Shown here: positions 48,796 to 57,154 of the stretch, in pieces
How the letters are laid out: the number at the start of each line of letters is the position of its first letter
Position numbering within the stretch: position 1 is the first letter of the stretch
Origin: Kiritimatiellia bacterium
GTDB taxonomy: Bacteria; Verrucomicrobiota; Kiritimatiellia; UBA8416; JABMPJ01
Assembly (NCBI GenBank): GCA_016783675.1
Contig: JADHWE010000001.1
Location: 64,955 to 128,954, forward strand
Reading direction: 5' to 3'
Length of the DNA: 64,000 nucleotides
Notes under the pieces: generated by a model
What the model was told of the DNA's origin: nothing
The model's input: only the letters and a program-made list of their open reading frames with translations
The model's database searches: none
Made by a program: the position numbers and the translations under genes

Positions 48796-49716
48796 TTAAG
48801 CCGCCGAGCGGCGCCGTTTCGTCTTCCCACGCGACGCAAAACTCTCGCGCATGCCCTTGTCAATCAGCTCATGCGCGGCCTTGAAACACTTGTGCTCCAG
48901 CTTGGCACGATCTTTTTCCAGTGTCTGCCCGCTTCCCTCCAAGTGCATCGCGCGCGCCGAGAACTCCGCCAACTTGCTGTCCTCAAACACCTCGAAGAGC
49001 TTGGAGGTGACCCACACGCCGGAGAGATACTCCAGCATGTCTGAAAGGGTTGACTCCACGATGATCTTGCGTGCATCCGCCATGAACCCCTTGTGGCCCA
49101 GATGCTGAGTCACTTCACTCTCGGCCTCTTCGTCGAACAGCTCCGCACAGGGCAGCAGGTTGATCGTCTCGATGGTTTGCGCACTGAACGAAAGTGGCCG
49201 CGGATAGACGATGATCACCTTCCCCATGCGCTGGGCCAGCACCTCCTTGACAATGTGATCCTTCACCGCCAGGGCCTGCTCGTAAATCGTTTCCTGGTTG
49301 ATCCCGCCGAATCCGGTGAACTCCACTTCGTTGTCTTCGAATGTCCCGCAGCCCTTGTCGCCGACCACAACGTAAGCCGTCCGGTCGCTTCCATGCCGGT
49401 CCGCCTCGGCCTGTGCCCGGCGGATCACGCCCTGGTTCAACCCCCCCATGAATCCGGAGTCGGACGTAATCACCACGATACCCAGCACATCGGTCATCAC
49501 GCGTACGAGCGGATCGTCTACATCCACCAGGCGGACCACCCGAAAGAACTCAGAAAAAGCGTCCATGAAACGGTCGAACCGCTCCTTCTCTTTTTCCATG
49601 ACATGATACTGCGCCGCGGCAATATTCTTGAGCGTCTCGATGAGCTGCACGAGCTCCGTATTGAACTGGAGCTCCTTTCTAAGTTCGCTCAACTGCATCG
49701 CTAATTCCCTGGGCAC
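48796..49716 (-). CDS. atpG: F1-ATPase gamma-type subunit (divergent)
   Basis: The N-terminal helix LSELRKELQFNTELVQLIETLKNIAAAQ, the ITSDSGFMGGLN motif and a C-terminal helix fit gamma. The start is either GTG at 49716 or ATG at 49698. Confidence 0.7.
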   Translation of the reverse strand: MPRELAMQLSELRKELQFNTELVQLIETLKNIAAAQYHVMEKEKERFDRFMDAFSEFFRVVRLVDVDDPLVRVMTDVLGIVVITSDSGFMGGLNQGVIRRAQAEADRHGSDRTAYVVVGDKGCGTFEDNEVEFTGFGGINQETIYEQALAVKDHIVKEVLAQRMGKVIIVYPRPLSFSAQTIETINLLPCAELFDEEAESEVTQHLGHKGFMADARKIIVESTLSDMLEYLSGVWVTSKLFEVFEDSKLAEFSARAMHLEGSGQTLEKDRAKLEHKCFKAAHELIDKGMRESFASRGKTKRRRSAA

Positions 49717-49738
49717 TCAAGACGCGCCCTCTTCTTTC

Positions 49739-49846
49739 CACCTACCCTCAGCGGAGGACTGGGGGAGCCTCCCGCAGGCCTACCATGCGAGCGAAGCGAA
49801 GCATACTCCAGCCAAGGGGGCTCCCCCAGACCGGAGCGCGCCGCTA
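49739..49846. repeat. Structured intra-operon repeat, family B, copy 2 (between the b/delta and gamma genes)
   Basis: Its flanks and ~44-nt loop are near-identical to copy 1. The stem ctgggggagcc(tcc) (49759-49772) pairs with (gg g)ggctcccccag (49816-49829). The right end contains the b/delta stop codon (49844-49846). Confidence 0.85.
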
Positions 49847-50590
49847 CCCGCGGGCGTGCTTCTTAACCTCTTCGACCGCCTCTTTCATCCGGTTGCTGAG
49901 GCTGCCGTCGATCTCCAGGCTGCCCAGTTTGAAAGCCAGTCCAGCCACAAGATCCTCCTGGATGTCCTCCTGCACCTTGATGTCGGCCTCGAATTTCTCT
50001 TTGAGGATCGCCTCGAGCCGCGCTTTCTGCTCAGGCGCTATGGGACGCGCCGCCGTGAAGGCCACATCGTTGGTATCCACCGTGATACTCGTTGAATCCA
50101 GGGCATCGAGCGCATCCAGCAACTCACCGGTAAACACCTGGTCAACGGCCTCGGCCATCTTCTCCGTGAAGACCAGGTCGAAGATCTCTCCGGAGTAGAG
50201 TACCGCCTTCTCCTCCATGTCCTGGGAGATCTGCTGGCGGAACTTCTCCTCGTTGCGCTTGGCCTGCTCGATCAGCCGATCGGCTTCTGCCTTGGCTTCG
50301 CCCAGAACCTGATCACGGGCACGCGCGACCTCCTTGTCGGCTTGGGTTCGGTGCTCGTCGAGTTCCTTCTCAGCCGCGATCTTCTGCTGCTGGAACACCC
50401 GTTCGTGTTCCTCGATCTGCTCCCGAATCCCTGCCTCCTTCTTCCGGATCTCGGCCTCCACCTCACGCACGCTCTCAACCGCCTTACTCGTGTCGCCAAG
50501 CAGGATGCGTTTGATCAACACGATAACGACCACCAACACCACCACGTGCGTCAGGACAATCGGCAACAGCAACTTCCACATATCAGACAT
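49844..50590 (-). CDS. atpF: Fo subunit b fused to a delta/OSCP C-terminal-domain-like segment
   Basis: It has an N-terminal TM helix (LLLPIVLTHVVVLVVVIVLI) and a long charged coiled coil. The C-terminal ~90 aa (AFTAARPIAPEQKARLEAILKEKF...EDLVAGLAFKLGSLEIDGSLSNRMKEA) resemble the end of delta (...LIGG..I..G...IDGSV...L). Confidence 0.65.
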   Translation of the reverse strand: MSDMWKLLLPIVLTHVVVLVVVIVLIKRILLGDTSKAVESVREVEAEIRKKEAGIREQIEEHERVFQQQKIAAEKELDEHRTQADKEVARARDQVLGEAKAEADRLIEQAKRNEEKFRQQISQDMEEKAVLYSGEIFDLVFTEKMAEAVDQVFTGELLDALDALDSTSITVDTNDVAFTAARPIAPEQKARLEAILKEKFEADIKVQEDIQEDLVAGLAFKLGSLEIDGSLSNRMKEAVEEVKKHARG

Positions 50591-50653
50591 CTCTCATCTC
50601 CTTCGGGCCCTATCCCCGGGGCAAATCCAGGCGGTGAATTCCTTCTCCCAATC

Positions 50654-50869
50654 TTAGCCCCTACCAAACAGCTGGAACAACACGAGCAAAGCCACCACCG
50701 CAATGGCTTCCGCGAAAACAAGCGAGATGATCATGGCCTGCAGGATCTTCGGCGCCGCCGACGGGTTCCGCCCGAGGGCCCGAATACTCGCGTATCCGAT
50801 CGCCGCGATCACGCCCGAGGGACCGATAATGGTCACGAACATCACCAGAAAGATAATAAAATTCTGCAT
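50654..50869 (-). CDS. atpE: Fo subunit c
   Basis: It is a 71-aa helical hairpin with a polar loop RALGRNPSAAP and the ion-binding carboxylate E53 in LVFAEAIAVVAL. Confidence 0.8.
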   Translation of the reverse strand: MQNFIIFLVMFVTIIGPSGVIAAIGYASIRALGRNPSAAPKILQAMIISLVFAEAIAVVALLVLFQLFGRG

Positions 50870-50875
50870 AACCCT

Positions 50876-51109
50876 CTACTCTTCCACTAAAACCATGCAC
50901 TCATCGCGGTCAAATGTCACCATGCCCCGCTTGATCGCTATGGTCTCGCGACCGCCATCCACAACCACTTCGCCGGCCCGCAACAGGCTCACAATCGGCG
51001 CATGGTGTTCGAGCAACTCAAATTCCGCCGAATCTCCGGTCAGACAAATACTCTTCGCCTCTCCCTCAAATATCACATGCTTAGGATTCAGGACCACCAA
51101 CTTCATCAT
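50876..51109 (-). CDS. atpC: F1 epsilon-type subunit, N-terminal beta-sandwich only
   Basis: The 77-aa sequence MKLVVLNPKHVIFEGEAKSICLTGDSAEFELLEHHAPIVSLLRAGEVVV...VLVEE matches the epsilon N-domain pattern. The C-terminal helical hairpin is absent. Confidence 0.65.
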   Translation of the reverse strand: MMKLVVLNPKHVIFEGEAKSICLTGDSAEFELLEHHAPIVSLLRAGEVVVDGGRETIAIKRGMVTFDRDECMVLVEE

Positions 51110-51122
51110 GTCCCGACATCCC

Positions 51123-52622
51123 CTACTTCTCCGCCTCGGGGGCGTTCGCCTGTTGATCCATATGCTCGGTCAGCGCAGTCGACAACATCTGCTCCAATTC
51201 CGGCGTCAGTTCGGTCGCATCCCCGACCAAGTCGTACAACGCACCATGGCGCTCGCGCACAAACAGGGGGAACTCCCTGCAGAACTTATGGCGATGAGGG
51301 TCGGTCATCTTGTTGAGCACACCCTCGCGCAACCCGAAGAGCAACAGGATCTGGTCGTTGACCGGCACCGGTTGGTACTGCATCTGCACAAAGATCGACG
51401 CGATCGACTGGCCGCGATCGACGATCTTCTGCGCCTCATCCGACAGGCCGGACTGCAGGCGGCTGAGGGCCAGCACTTCGTTGTACTGCGCGAAGTCGGC
51501 CCGCAGCCCCAACGTCAGCTCCCGCATCAATGGGCTCTGTACGCGCCCGCCGATAATCGACAGCGAGGTCGTGATATCGATGGCCGGGCGGACACCCTCG
51601 GCGAAGATAGCCGAACTCAAAAAGATCTGTCCGTCGCACATCGAGGCCAGGTTCGAAGGAATGAAGCCGGTCAGGTCGCCCTGCAGCGTCTCAGCAATAC
51701 CGAGGAACGTCATCGATGCCCCGCCATGCGCCTCATTAAACCGGCCGGCACGTTCCATCAACTGTGTCTGCACATAGAAAATATCACCGGGATAGGCCTC
51801 GCGTCCCGGCGGACGCTCCAGCAGAAGCGAGAGCTGCCGATAGGCCCAGGCATGCTTGGTCAGATCGTCGAACACCACCAGCACGTCCTTGCCCTTGAGC
51901 GCAAAATACTCGCCCATTGAGGCCGCTGCAAACGGCACGAGGTACTGCTCACCGACCGGCGCGTTATCCGTGGCCACCATCACGCACGTGTAATCGAGTG
52001 CGCCGCCATCCTTGAGCACCGACATGATCTTGCTCAGACCTGAAAGCGATTTTCCCACACAGCAGAAGATGCATACGATGTCACGCCCGAGCTGATTGAG
52101 GATGGCATCCACCGCAATAACCGTCTTGCCGGTCATGCGGTCACCCAGGATCAACTGTCGCTGCCCCTTGGCCAGCGGAATCGCAATGTCGATCATCTTC
52201 GTGCCGACGGGAATGAACTCTTCGACAGGCGCCCGCCAGACAATCGGGGCCGAGTCGCGGAAAACCGCATACATATCGTCCGGCACCACGGACTCCCCCT
52301 GGTCACAGGGCTCGCCCAACGCCGTCACCATGCGCCCGATGAAGCGGTCGCCCACAGGAATCTTGAACGGCTCACTGGCACCCGTGACTTCCTTACCCAT
52401 GCGCAGGCGCGTCTGATCGCCCAGGACGAGGACCAGCACGTCCTCCTCATCAAACCCCATGATGATACCGTTCACCCCGTTGCCGAGGTCCACGATCTGA
52501 CCGTTGAGACAGGTAGGCAGACCCGTGATGCGGACAATGATCTCCTTGATGTCCTTGATCACGCCCTTCTCGTGGACCTTGATCTTAAAGAGCGGTAGCG
52601 CGGTACCGAGCGATTTGCTCAT
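51123..52622 (-). CDS. atpA: F1-ATPase alpha-type subunit, paralogue 2 (arginine-finger position is Ile)
   Basis: It has the alpha-type P-loop GDRMTGKT and DDLTKHAWAYRQLSLLLERPPGREAYPGDIFY. The canonical SVSRVG is SLSIIG (I356, codon 51555-51557). It overlaps the preceding alpha gene by 38 nt. Confidence 0.85.
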   Translation of the reverse strand: MSKSLGTALPLFKIKVHEKGVIKDIKEIIVRITGLPTCLNGQIVDLGNGVNGIIMGFDEEDVLVLVLGDQTRLRMGKEVTGASEPFKIPVGDRFIGRMVTALGEPCDQGESVVPDDMYAVFRDSAPIVWRAPVEEFIPVGTKMIDIAIPLAKGQRQLILGDRMTGKTVIAVDAILNQLGRDIVCIFCCVGKSLSGLSKIMSVLKDGGALDYTCVMVATDNAPVGEQYLVPFAAASMGEYFALKGKDVLVVFDDLTKHAWAYRQLSLLLERPPGREAYPGDIFYVQTQLMERAGRFNEAHGGASMTFLGIAETLQGDLTGFIPSNLASMCDGQIFLSSAIFAEGVRPAIDITTSLSIIGGRVQSPLMRELTLGLRADFAQYNEVLALSRLQSGLSDEAQKIVDRGQSIASIFVQMQYQPVPVNDQILLLFGLREGVLNKMTDPHRHKFCREFPLFVRERHGALYDLVGDATELTPELEQMLSTALTEHMDQQANAPEAEK

Positions 52623-54048
52623 CGAACCCCTCCTTGATGCTGTCGGACATTTCCTGGTTCTGCCTCAGTTCAACCAGTAGCTCCGGGCAGTTGAGGTGAA
52701 CCAGGTCGACCAAGCTCTTCAGCTTGGCCTGAACTTCCTCCGGCGTGGTGTCCTCCAGGAACCCCTGCTCGAGCGCATAGAGCACGACGACCTCGTCCTC
52801 CATCGGAATCGGGTTGTTCTGATCCTGCTTGAGGACCTCCTCCAACACCTTGCCCTGCAGCAAACGTTTCTCCACATCGGGAGACATGCCGGCCTTGATA
52901 CGCGTCAGTTTCTCCAGCTCCTTGTAGCGCACAAACTCGAGTTGGAGCATGCCGCACAGTTTCTTCACGGCGCGCCACTGCACCTTGCTGCCGATACGGG
53001 AAACCGACAACCCCATGTCGATCGCGGGTTTAAAACCCTCGCCAAACAGGTTGGTGCTGAAGTAGATCTGCCCATCGGTCATCGAAACAATGTTGGAAGG
53101 AATATACCCCGCCAGATCGCCCTGCAGGGTCTCGACGATAGGCAGGTGCGTCATCGACCCCCCGCCACGATCCGGCTTCAACTTGCCGGCGCGCTCCACA
53201 AGCTGTGAGTGGATATAGAAGATGTCACCGGGATAGGCATCGCGTCCGGGCGCGCGCTCCAGCAGGAGCGAGATCTGCCGATAGGCCCAGGCATGCTTTG
53301 TGAAATCGTCAAACACCACCAGCACATGCTCAGCCTTCTCGTACATGAAATACTCGCCGAGGCTGGTTGCCACGTAGGGCGACAGGTATTGCTGTCCCAT
53401 GGGATCGGAAGCCGTTGCCGCCACACTGATGGTGTAGTCCCACGCATGTGCCTGGTTAAACACTTCATGCACACGGCCGAGCGCTGCTTCGGATTTCCCG
53501 ATGCAGCAATAGATACAGATCACGCCTTTGCCGCGCTGGTTCAGGATCGCATCCACCCCGACGGTTGTCTTGCCGGTCATGCGGTCGCCGATGATCAGCA
53601 TGCGCTGCCCCCGCCCCACCGGCTTCATCATATCGACAATCTTGGTACCGGTCTCCATGACATCGCCGAGCGGAATACGCTCCAGTACAGAAGGCGCCTT
53701 CATGAAGATGGGATACATGGCCGATTCACGTATCGGCCCCTCGCCATCAATCGGCTGTGCCAGGGCATTCACGCGCCGGCCGAGGAACTCTTCGCCCACC
53801 GGAACCTTGAAATCGTCAATTGGGGTGGAAACCACGTCGCCCGGCTTGATGGGATGACCCGCCTTGACAACCAGGACCAGAACGTAATCGGCATCAAAAC
53901 CAACGATAACGCCCTCGGAGTCGCTTCCGATCCGGACCAACTGCCCATTCATACAGTTGGTCAACCCGGTTGCATGGACCACGTCCTGCCGCACTTCGGC
54001 GACGGTGCCTTTCTCCGTCATCTTGATCAGGTCGAGTTTGAGAGCCAT
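52585..54048 (-). CDS. atpA: F1-ATPase alpha-type subunit, paralogue 1
   Basis: It has the alpha-type P-loop GDRMTGKT and DDFTKHAWAYRQISLLLERAPGRDAYPGDIFY. SVSRIG retains the finger Arg (R351). The conserved GIRPA motif reads GFKPA (K340, codon 53029-53031). Confidence 0.85.
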   Translation of the reverse strand: MALKLDLIKMTEKGTVAEVRQDVVHATGLTNCMNGQLVRIGSDSEGVIVGFDADYVLVLVVKAGHPIKPGDVVSTPIDDFKVPVGEEFLGRRVNALAQPIDGEGPIRESAMYPIFMKAPSVLERIPLGDVMETGTKIVDMMKPVGRGQRMLIIGDRMTGKTTVGVDAILNQRGKGVICIYCCIGKSEAALGRVHEVFNQAHAWDYTISVAATASDPMGQQYLSPYVATSLGEYFMYEKAEHVLVVFDDFTKHAWAYRQISLLLERAPGRDAYPGDIFYIHSQLVERAGKLKPDRGGGSMTHLPIVETLQGDLAGYIPSNIVSMTDGQIYFSTNLFGEGFKPAIDMGLSVSRIGSKVQWRAVKKLCGMLQLEFVRYKELEKLTRIKAGMSPDVEKRLLQGKVLEEVLKQDQNNPIPMEDEVVVLYALEQGFLEDTTPEEVQAKLKSLVDLVHLNCPELLVELRQNQEMSDSIKEGFDEQIARYRATAL

Positions 54049-55359
54049 CTACTTTCCCTTCCCTCCGAACCAGCGCAGGAAGAACAGCAGGCTCATGATC
54101 GCGAGAAAGCCCAGGATGATGTAGATGATCAGCCAGGTCGTCTTCATACTGGGTGGCTTCGCCTTGAAGCCATATTTGGTGTTCTTGGTCTGGGGCCGCA
54201 GCGCGCTTTCCACACGCAAAATCCGTTGCTCGATTCGATCCAACTGGTCGTTCTGGCGACGATAGAAGGCTACGTAGCGGTCGGAAAATGTTGTGGGTCC
54301 CTTCTCGGCTTCAACCGCATCGAGTTCTTCCAAGAGTTCCTGGATGCCCGCTTCCACCGCCTTGAACGACCCATCGACACCTACCCGTTTCAGCAGCGCC
54401 TCGGCTCGACTGCGCAGGTCAGGGATGCGCAAGCCGGAGAGGTTCCACTTGTCGCGCATCTTGACCTCAAACACGCGTGTCTCGCCCGGCGGTATTTCCA
54501 CGCTGTTCTTGAAGACGTAGCAGATCTCCGTCTCCGGATGGGTCGATACATCCAACTCGCCCGCATCCAGAACGTCCGACAGCTTGATTTCCTCAGGCAG
54601 ATTCTTCTCGATTGGGACGCGGCGCGTCTCCTTCGGCGACGTATTCCTCACCGAGATCTTGAGGACAGCCACGTCGTATTCGCCTTCCAACACCACGTCC
54701 GAGCCATCAGGCAGCGGGGCCTCCTTCACATCCCCCATCAGGTTGCCGATGTCTTTTCCTGTGCTGAGCACGAGGTTTTCCATGTAACCGAGGTCGGTCT
54801 TGATGCGCTTCAGGGTTTCCAAGTTGGCCTCGTAGGCGCGGATGTGCTGCATGGGCTTGATGCTCGGGCCAATGCCGCTTTCGCCCTGCAGGGCTGTGAC
54901 AGAGCCCAGGTTCTTCTCGATCTCGGCCAATAGCCCCGCCGCGTTCTCGTGGAAATCGGATCCTTCCAGTTTCGCGACGAGCTGCTTGGCGTGCTCCCGG
55001 AGCAACGTGATCTCGTCCACGTCGACCATCCAGATATCGCGGATCTGGACGTCAAATTCGCGAATTTCCTTGGCGCCAAGCTCCATCTCGCCGAACACGT
55101 AATAGCGATCGCTCTTGATGTCGTAACCTAGCTCCAACCCAACGGGAGTGGTTACGTCGTTCGTACCAACGCGAGCGGGCAGATTGGCCTTGATTTGCAC
55201 GGTCTGAACCGTGTTGATCGGGTTGGCGGCCCGGATGCGCAAAACCACTTTGTCCGCATGCGCGGTCCCCGCCAGAAGCGCGGCCAGCAGCAGCGTAGAG
55301 AAACAGAGACGGCCCGGCAAAGGGCCGCCGCCCGAATGATGAAATATTATCCTGCCCAT
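54049..55359 (-). CDS. Signal-peptide protein with two internally duplicated (beta-rich plus helical) modules and a C-terminal TM anchor; function unknown
   Basis: It has the signal sequence LCFSTLLLAALLAGTAHA. Repeat 1 is aa 37-110 (55030-55251) and repeat 2 is aa 229-305 (54445-54675). They share vL-I...N...v-I-x-NLP...DV...YVF...E-R-F-V-x-RD-W. The C-terminal TM is WLIIYIILGFLAIMSLLFFL. The stop codon abuts the alpha-1 ATG with a 0-nt gap. Confidence 0.6.
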   Translation of the reverse strand: MGRIIFHHSGGGPLPGRLCFSTLLLAALLAGTAHADKVVLRIRAANPINTVQTVQIKANLPARVGTNDVTTPVGLELGYDIKSDRYYVFGEMELGAKEIREFDVQIRDIWMVDVDEITLLREHAKQLVAKLEGSDFHENAAGLLAEIEKNLGSVTALQGESGIGPSIKPMQHIRAYEANLETLKRIKTDLGYMENLVLSTGKDIGNLMGDVKEAPLPDGSDVVLEGEYDVAVLKISVRNTSPKETRRVPIEKNLPEEIKLSDVLDAGELDVSTHPETEICYVFKNSVEIPPGETRVFEVKMRDKWNLSGLRIPDLRSRAEALLKRVGVDGSFKAVEAGIQELLEELDAVEAEKGPTTFSDRYVAFYRRQNDQLDRIEQRILRVESALRPQTKNTKYGFKAKPPSMKTTWLIIYIILGFLAIMSLLFFLRWFGGKGK

Positions 55360-55438
55360 AGTATGCGTGGGATACTACGAAACCCAACACAGGAGAACAA
55401 GAGGGAAGTGGCGTCTTTTGGGGCAGAAACGCGCTCGC

Positions 55439-57154
55439 TCAGGGAATGACCCATTCCGTCAACGCAAGCTGCTTGGCGGCGCCAAATTGCCACTCGCGCG
55501 CCCCGCCCTGCAGGTGCGCCTCACCGTCGCCAATGACCAGTGTCAACGCCACCCCGGGGTCACGCGCACGCAGCACGTTGGCCACCAGCACGGCCTTCTC
55601 GAGTCCATCACCGGTCTGAAAATTCCAGACCTCGTCCGGTTGCGCCAGGCGTACCGGACCGTCATAGATCGACGCATCCCCCATTCCGTCCAACGCCGCC
55701 TGCAGCTCAGCGTCCGAGAGATCCCTGGTCGCCTCAACCGACACAGGGCAGCGCTGCACGGCCGCCACAAGGAACGGTTCCGGTTCGGTGCGACTCAGAT
55801 CGCGCCAGGCGTGGAAGGCCATGTCCGCCATCACGTTGCGCTCGCGGATCGATTCCAGGCGATCCCGGATCTCCTCGCGCGTCATGTCGGCATCCAGAGC
55901 GAGGGGCTCCTGCCCTTTTACGAAGGTCTTGCCGCCAAGGTCGGGCAACTTCGGCTGCGTCCGGCAGAACCGCACAAGACTCTCGATCGCGATCTCGGCG
56001 TTCAGACAGTCACTCGCGAACTGCTCCTTCAGCCGGCGCACATCGTCATCGCGCGCAATATCAATACTTTCCTGTTTCACAAAGGCCTCGAGGTCGTTGA
56101 ACACGATTCGACTGGGAAGCCGCCGATCACAGAACTCCTCGCCCTCGATCTCATCCATCAATTTCGCGCGCGTGTTGTCCGTGACACGGTAGGGACTCCC
56201 GTGCTCATAGGCGAACACGCGATCCATCGGCACGTAATGATCCTGCCCGTGTTGCGGCCACCGAATTTGGAAGCACTTCTGGATCTCGTGCGTATGACGC
56301 AGGAAGTTGCCGAGGACCTCATCACTCAGGGCCGTGCAGAGAAACCGGCTCAGCCGCTCGGCAAAGCGTTCTGCCTGCGCAGGCGCCAGCGTGGCCTCTT
56401 CATACATCGTGTGCAACACGCCGGTTTCGTGCGCCACAATCGTTATGCGCTCGTTCTCCAGCGCCCGCCGCGCCTGGGCCGAGAGCGCCGTGCCGTTGAA
56501 CCACATTTTCTTCGTCACGAGTCGCCGGTTGTTGGTCAGGATGCCGTCGACCACGTCGACGAAGTTCTGTGAATGCAGCGGTGTGGCCATCAGGAAGATG
56601 TCCTGCAGCGGAATCCGCGCTACGATGAACAGCGCGGCCGCATAGAGTGTTGCCAGCGACACGCATTCACCCGCCCCGTTGGCGTAGTTGGGCTTGAGGC
56701 GGAACGCGTCCATCGCCTCCACGGTCTCGGTCTTCCAGTACGGAATGACGTCGCCGTCGTACTTGTCCAAACCGAAGTGGGTGCGGATATCGATATCGAA
56801 GTAGTACTTGTCGCCCTCGTAGCCGAACAGGGCGTTGGACTGCGCCAGCGTTTCGGGGTTGATAAAGGACTCGAACCGCGCCAGCTCACGGTCGCGCGTG
56901 GTCAGGCCCCACGTGTCGAGGTCCAGGTTGAAAGCGTAGTGGTCCATGATGTACTGCTTGAGCCGGGCGATACGCCGGTACGGCTTCATCCGCTCAATGC
57001 CGTCGAACCAGGGATCGTCTCGCCAGGCCCAGATGCGTGGCGACATCATGTTGGCCAGCACCAGGCTGTAGATCAGCTCCGGAAAGATGAACATCTCCAT
57101 ATCCGACAGCGTCACCGCTGCCGAACGGCGTGCATCCTCATGCGTCAGGCTCAT
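55439..57154 (-). CDS. Large cytoplasmic protein of unknown function, possible transglutaminase/cysteine-protease-like core
   Basis: About 571 aa from the ATG at 57154, with no TM segments. The segment GAGECVSLATLYAAALFIVARIP...PLHSQNFVDVVDG resembles the Cys...His...Asp arrangement of transglutaminase-like folds; this resemblance is weak and judged by eye. It overlaps the upstream gene by 17 nt. Confidence 0.35.
   Translation of the reverse strand: MSLTHEDARRSAAVTLSDMEMFIFPELIYSLVLANMMSPRIWAWRDDPWFDGIERMKPYRRIARLKQYIMDHYAFNLDLDTWGLTTRDRELARFESFINPETLAQSNALFGYEGDKYYFDIDIRTHFGLDKYDGDVIPYWKTETVEAMDAFRLKPNYANGAGECVSLATLYAAALFIVARIPLQDIFLMATPLHSQNFVDVVDGILTNNRRLVTKKMWFNGTALSAQARRALENERITIVAHETGVLHTMYEEATLAPAQAERFAERLSRFLCTALSDEVLGNFLRHTHEIQKCFQIRWPQHGQDHYVPMDRVFAYEHGSPYRVTDNTRAKLMDEIEGEEFCDRRLPSRIVFNDLEAFVKQESIDIARDDDVRRLKEQFASDCLNAEIAIESLVRFCRTQPKLPDLGGKTFVKGQEPLALDADMTREEIRDRLESIRERNVMADMAFHAWRDLSRTEPEPFLVAAVQRCPVSVEATRDLSDAELQAALDGMGDASIYDGPVRLAQPDEVWNFQTGDGLEKAVLVANVLRARDPGVALTLVIGDGEAHLQGGAREWQFGAAKQLALTEWVIP

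Noticed and set aside
52585-54048. The first alpha-type gene, considered as a mis-called beta, a V/A-type B subunit or a delta.
   Set aside because: It carries the alpha-specific P-loop GDRMTGKT and the alpha motifs PPGR[ED]AYPGDIFY and SVSRIG. A separate beta-type gene ([15 protein letters not shown]) exists at 47383-48768.
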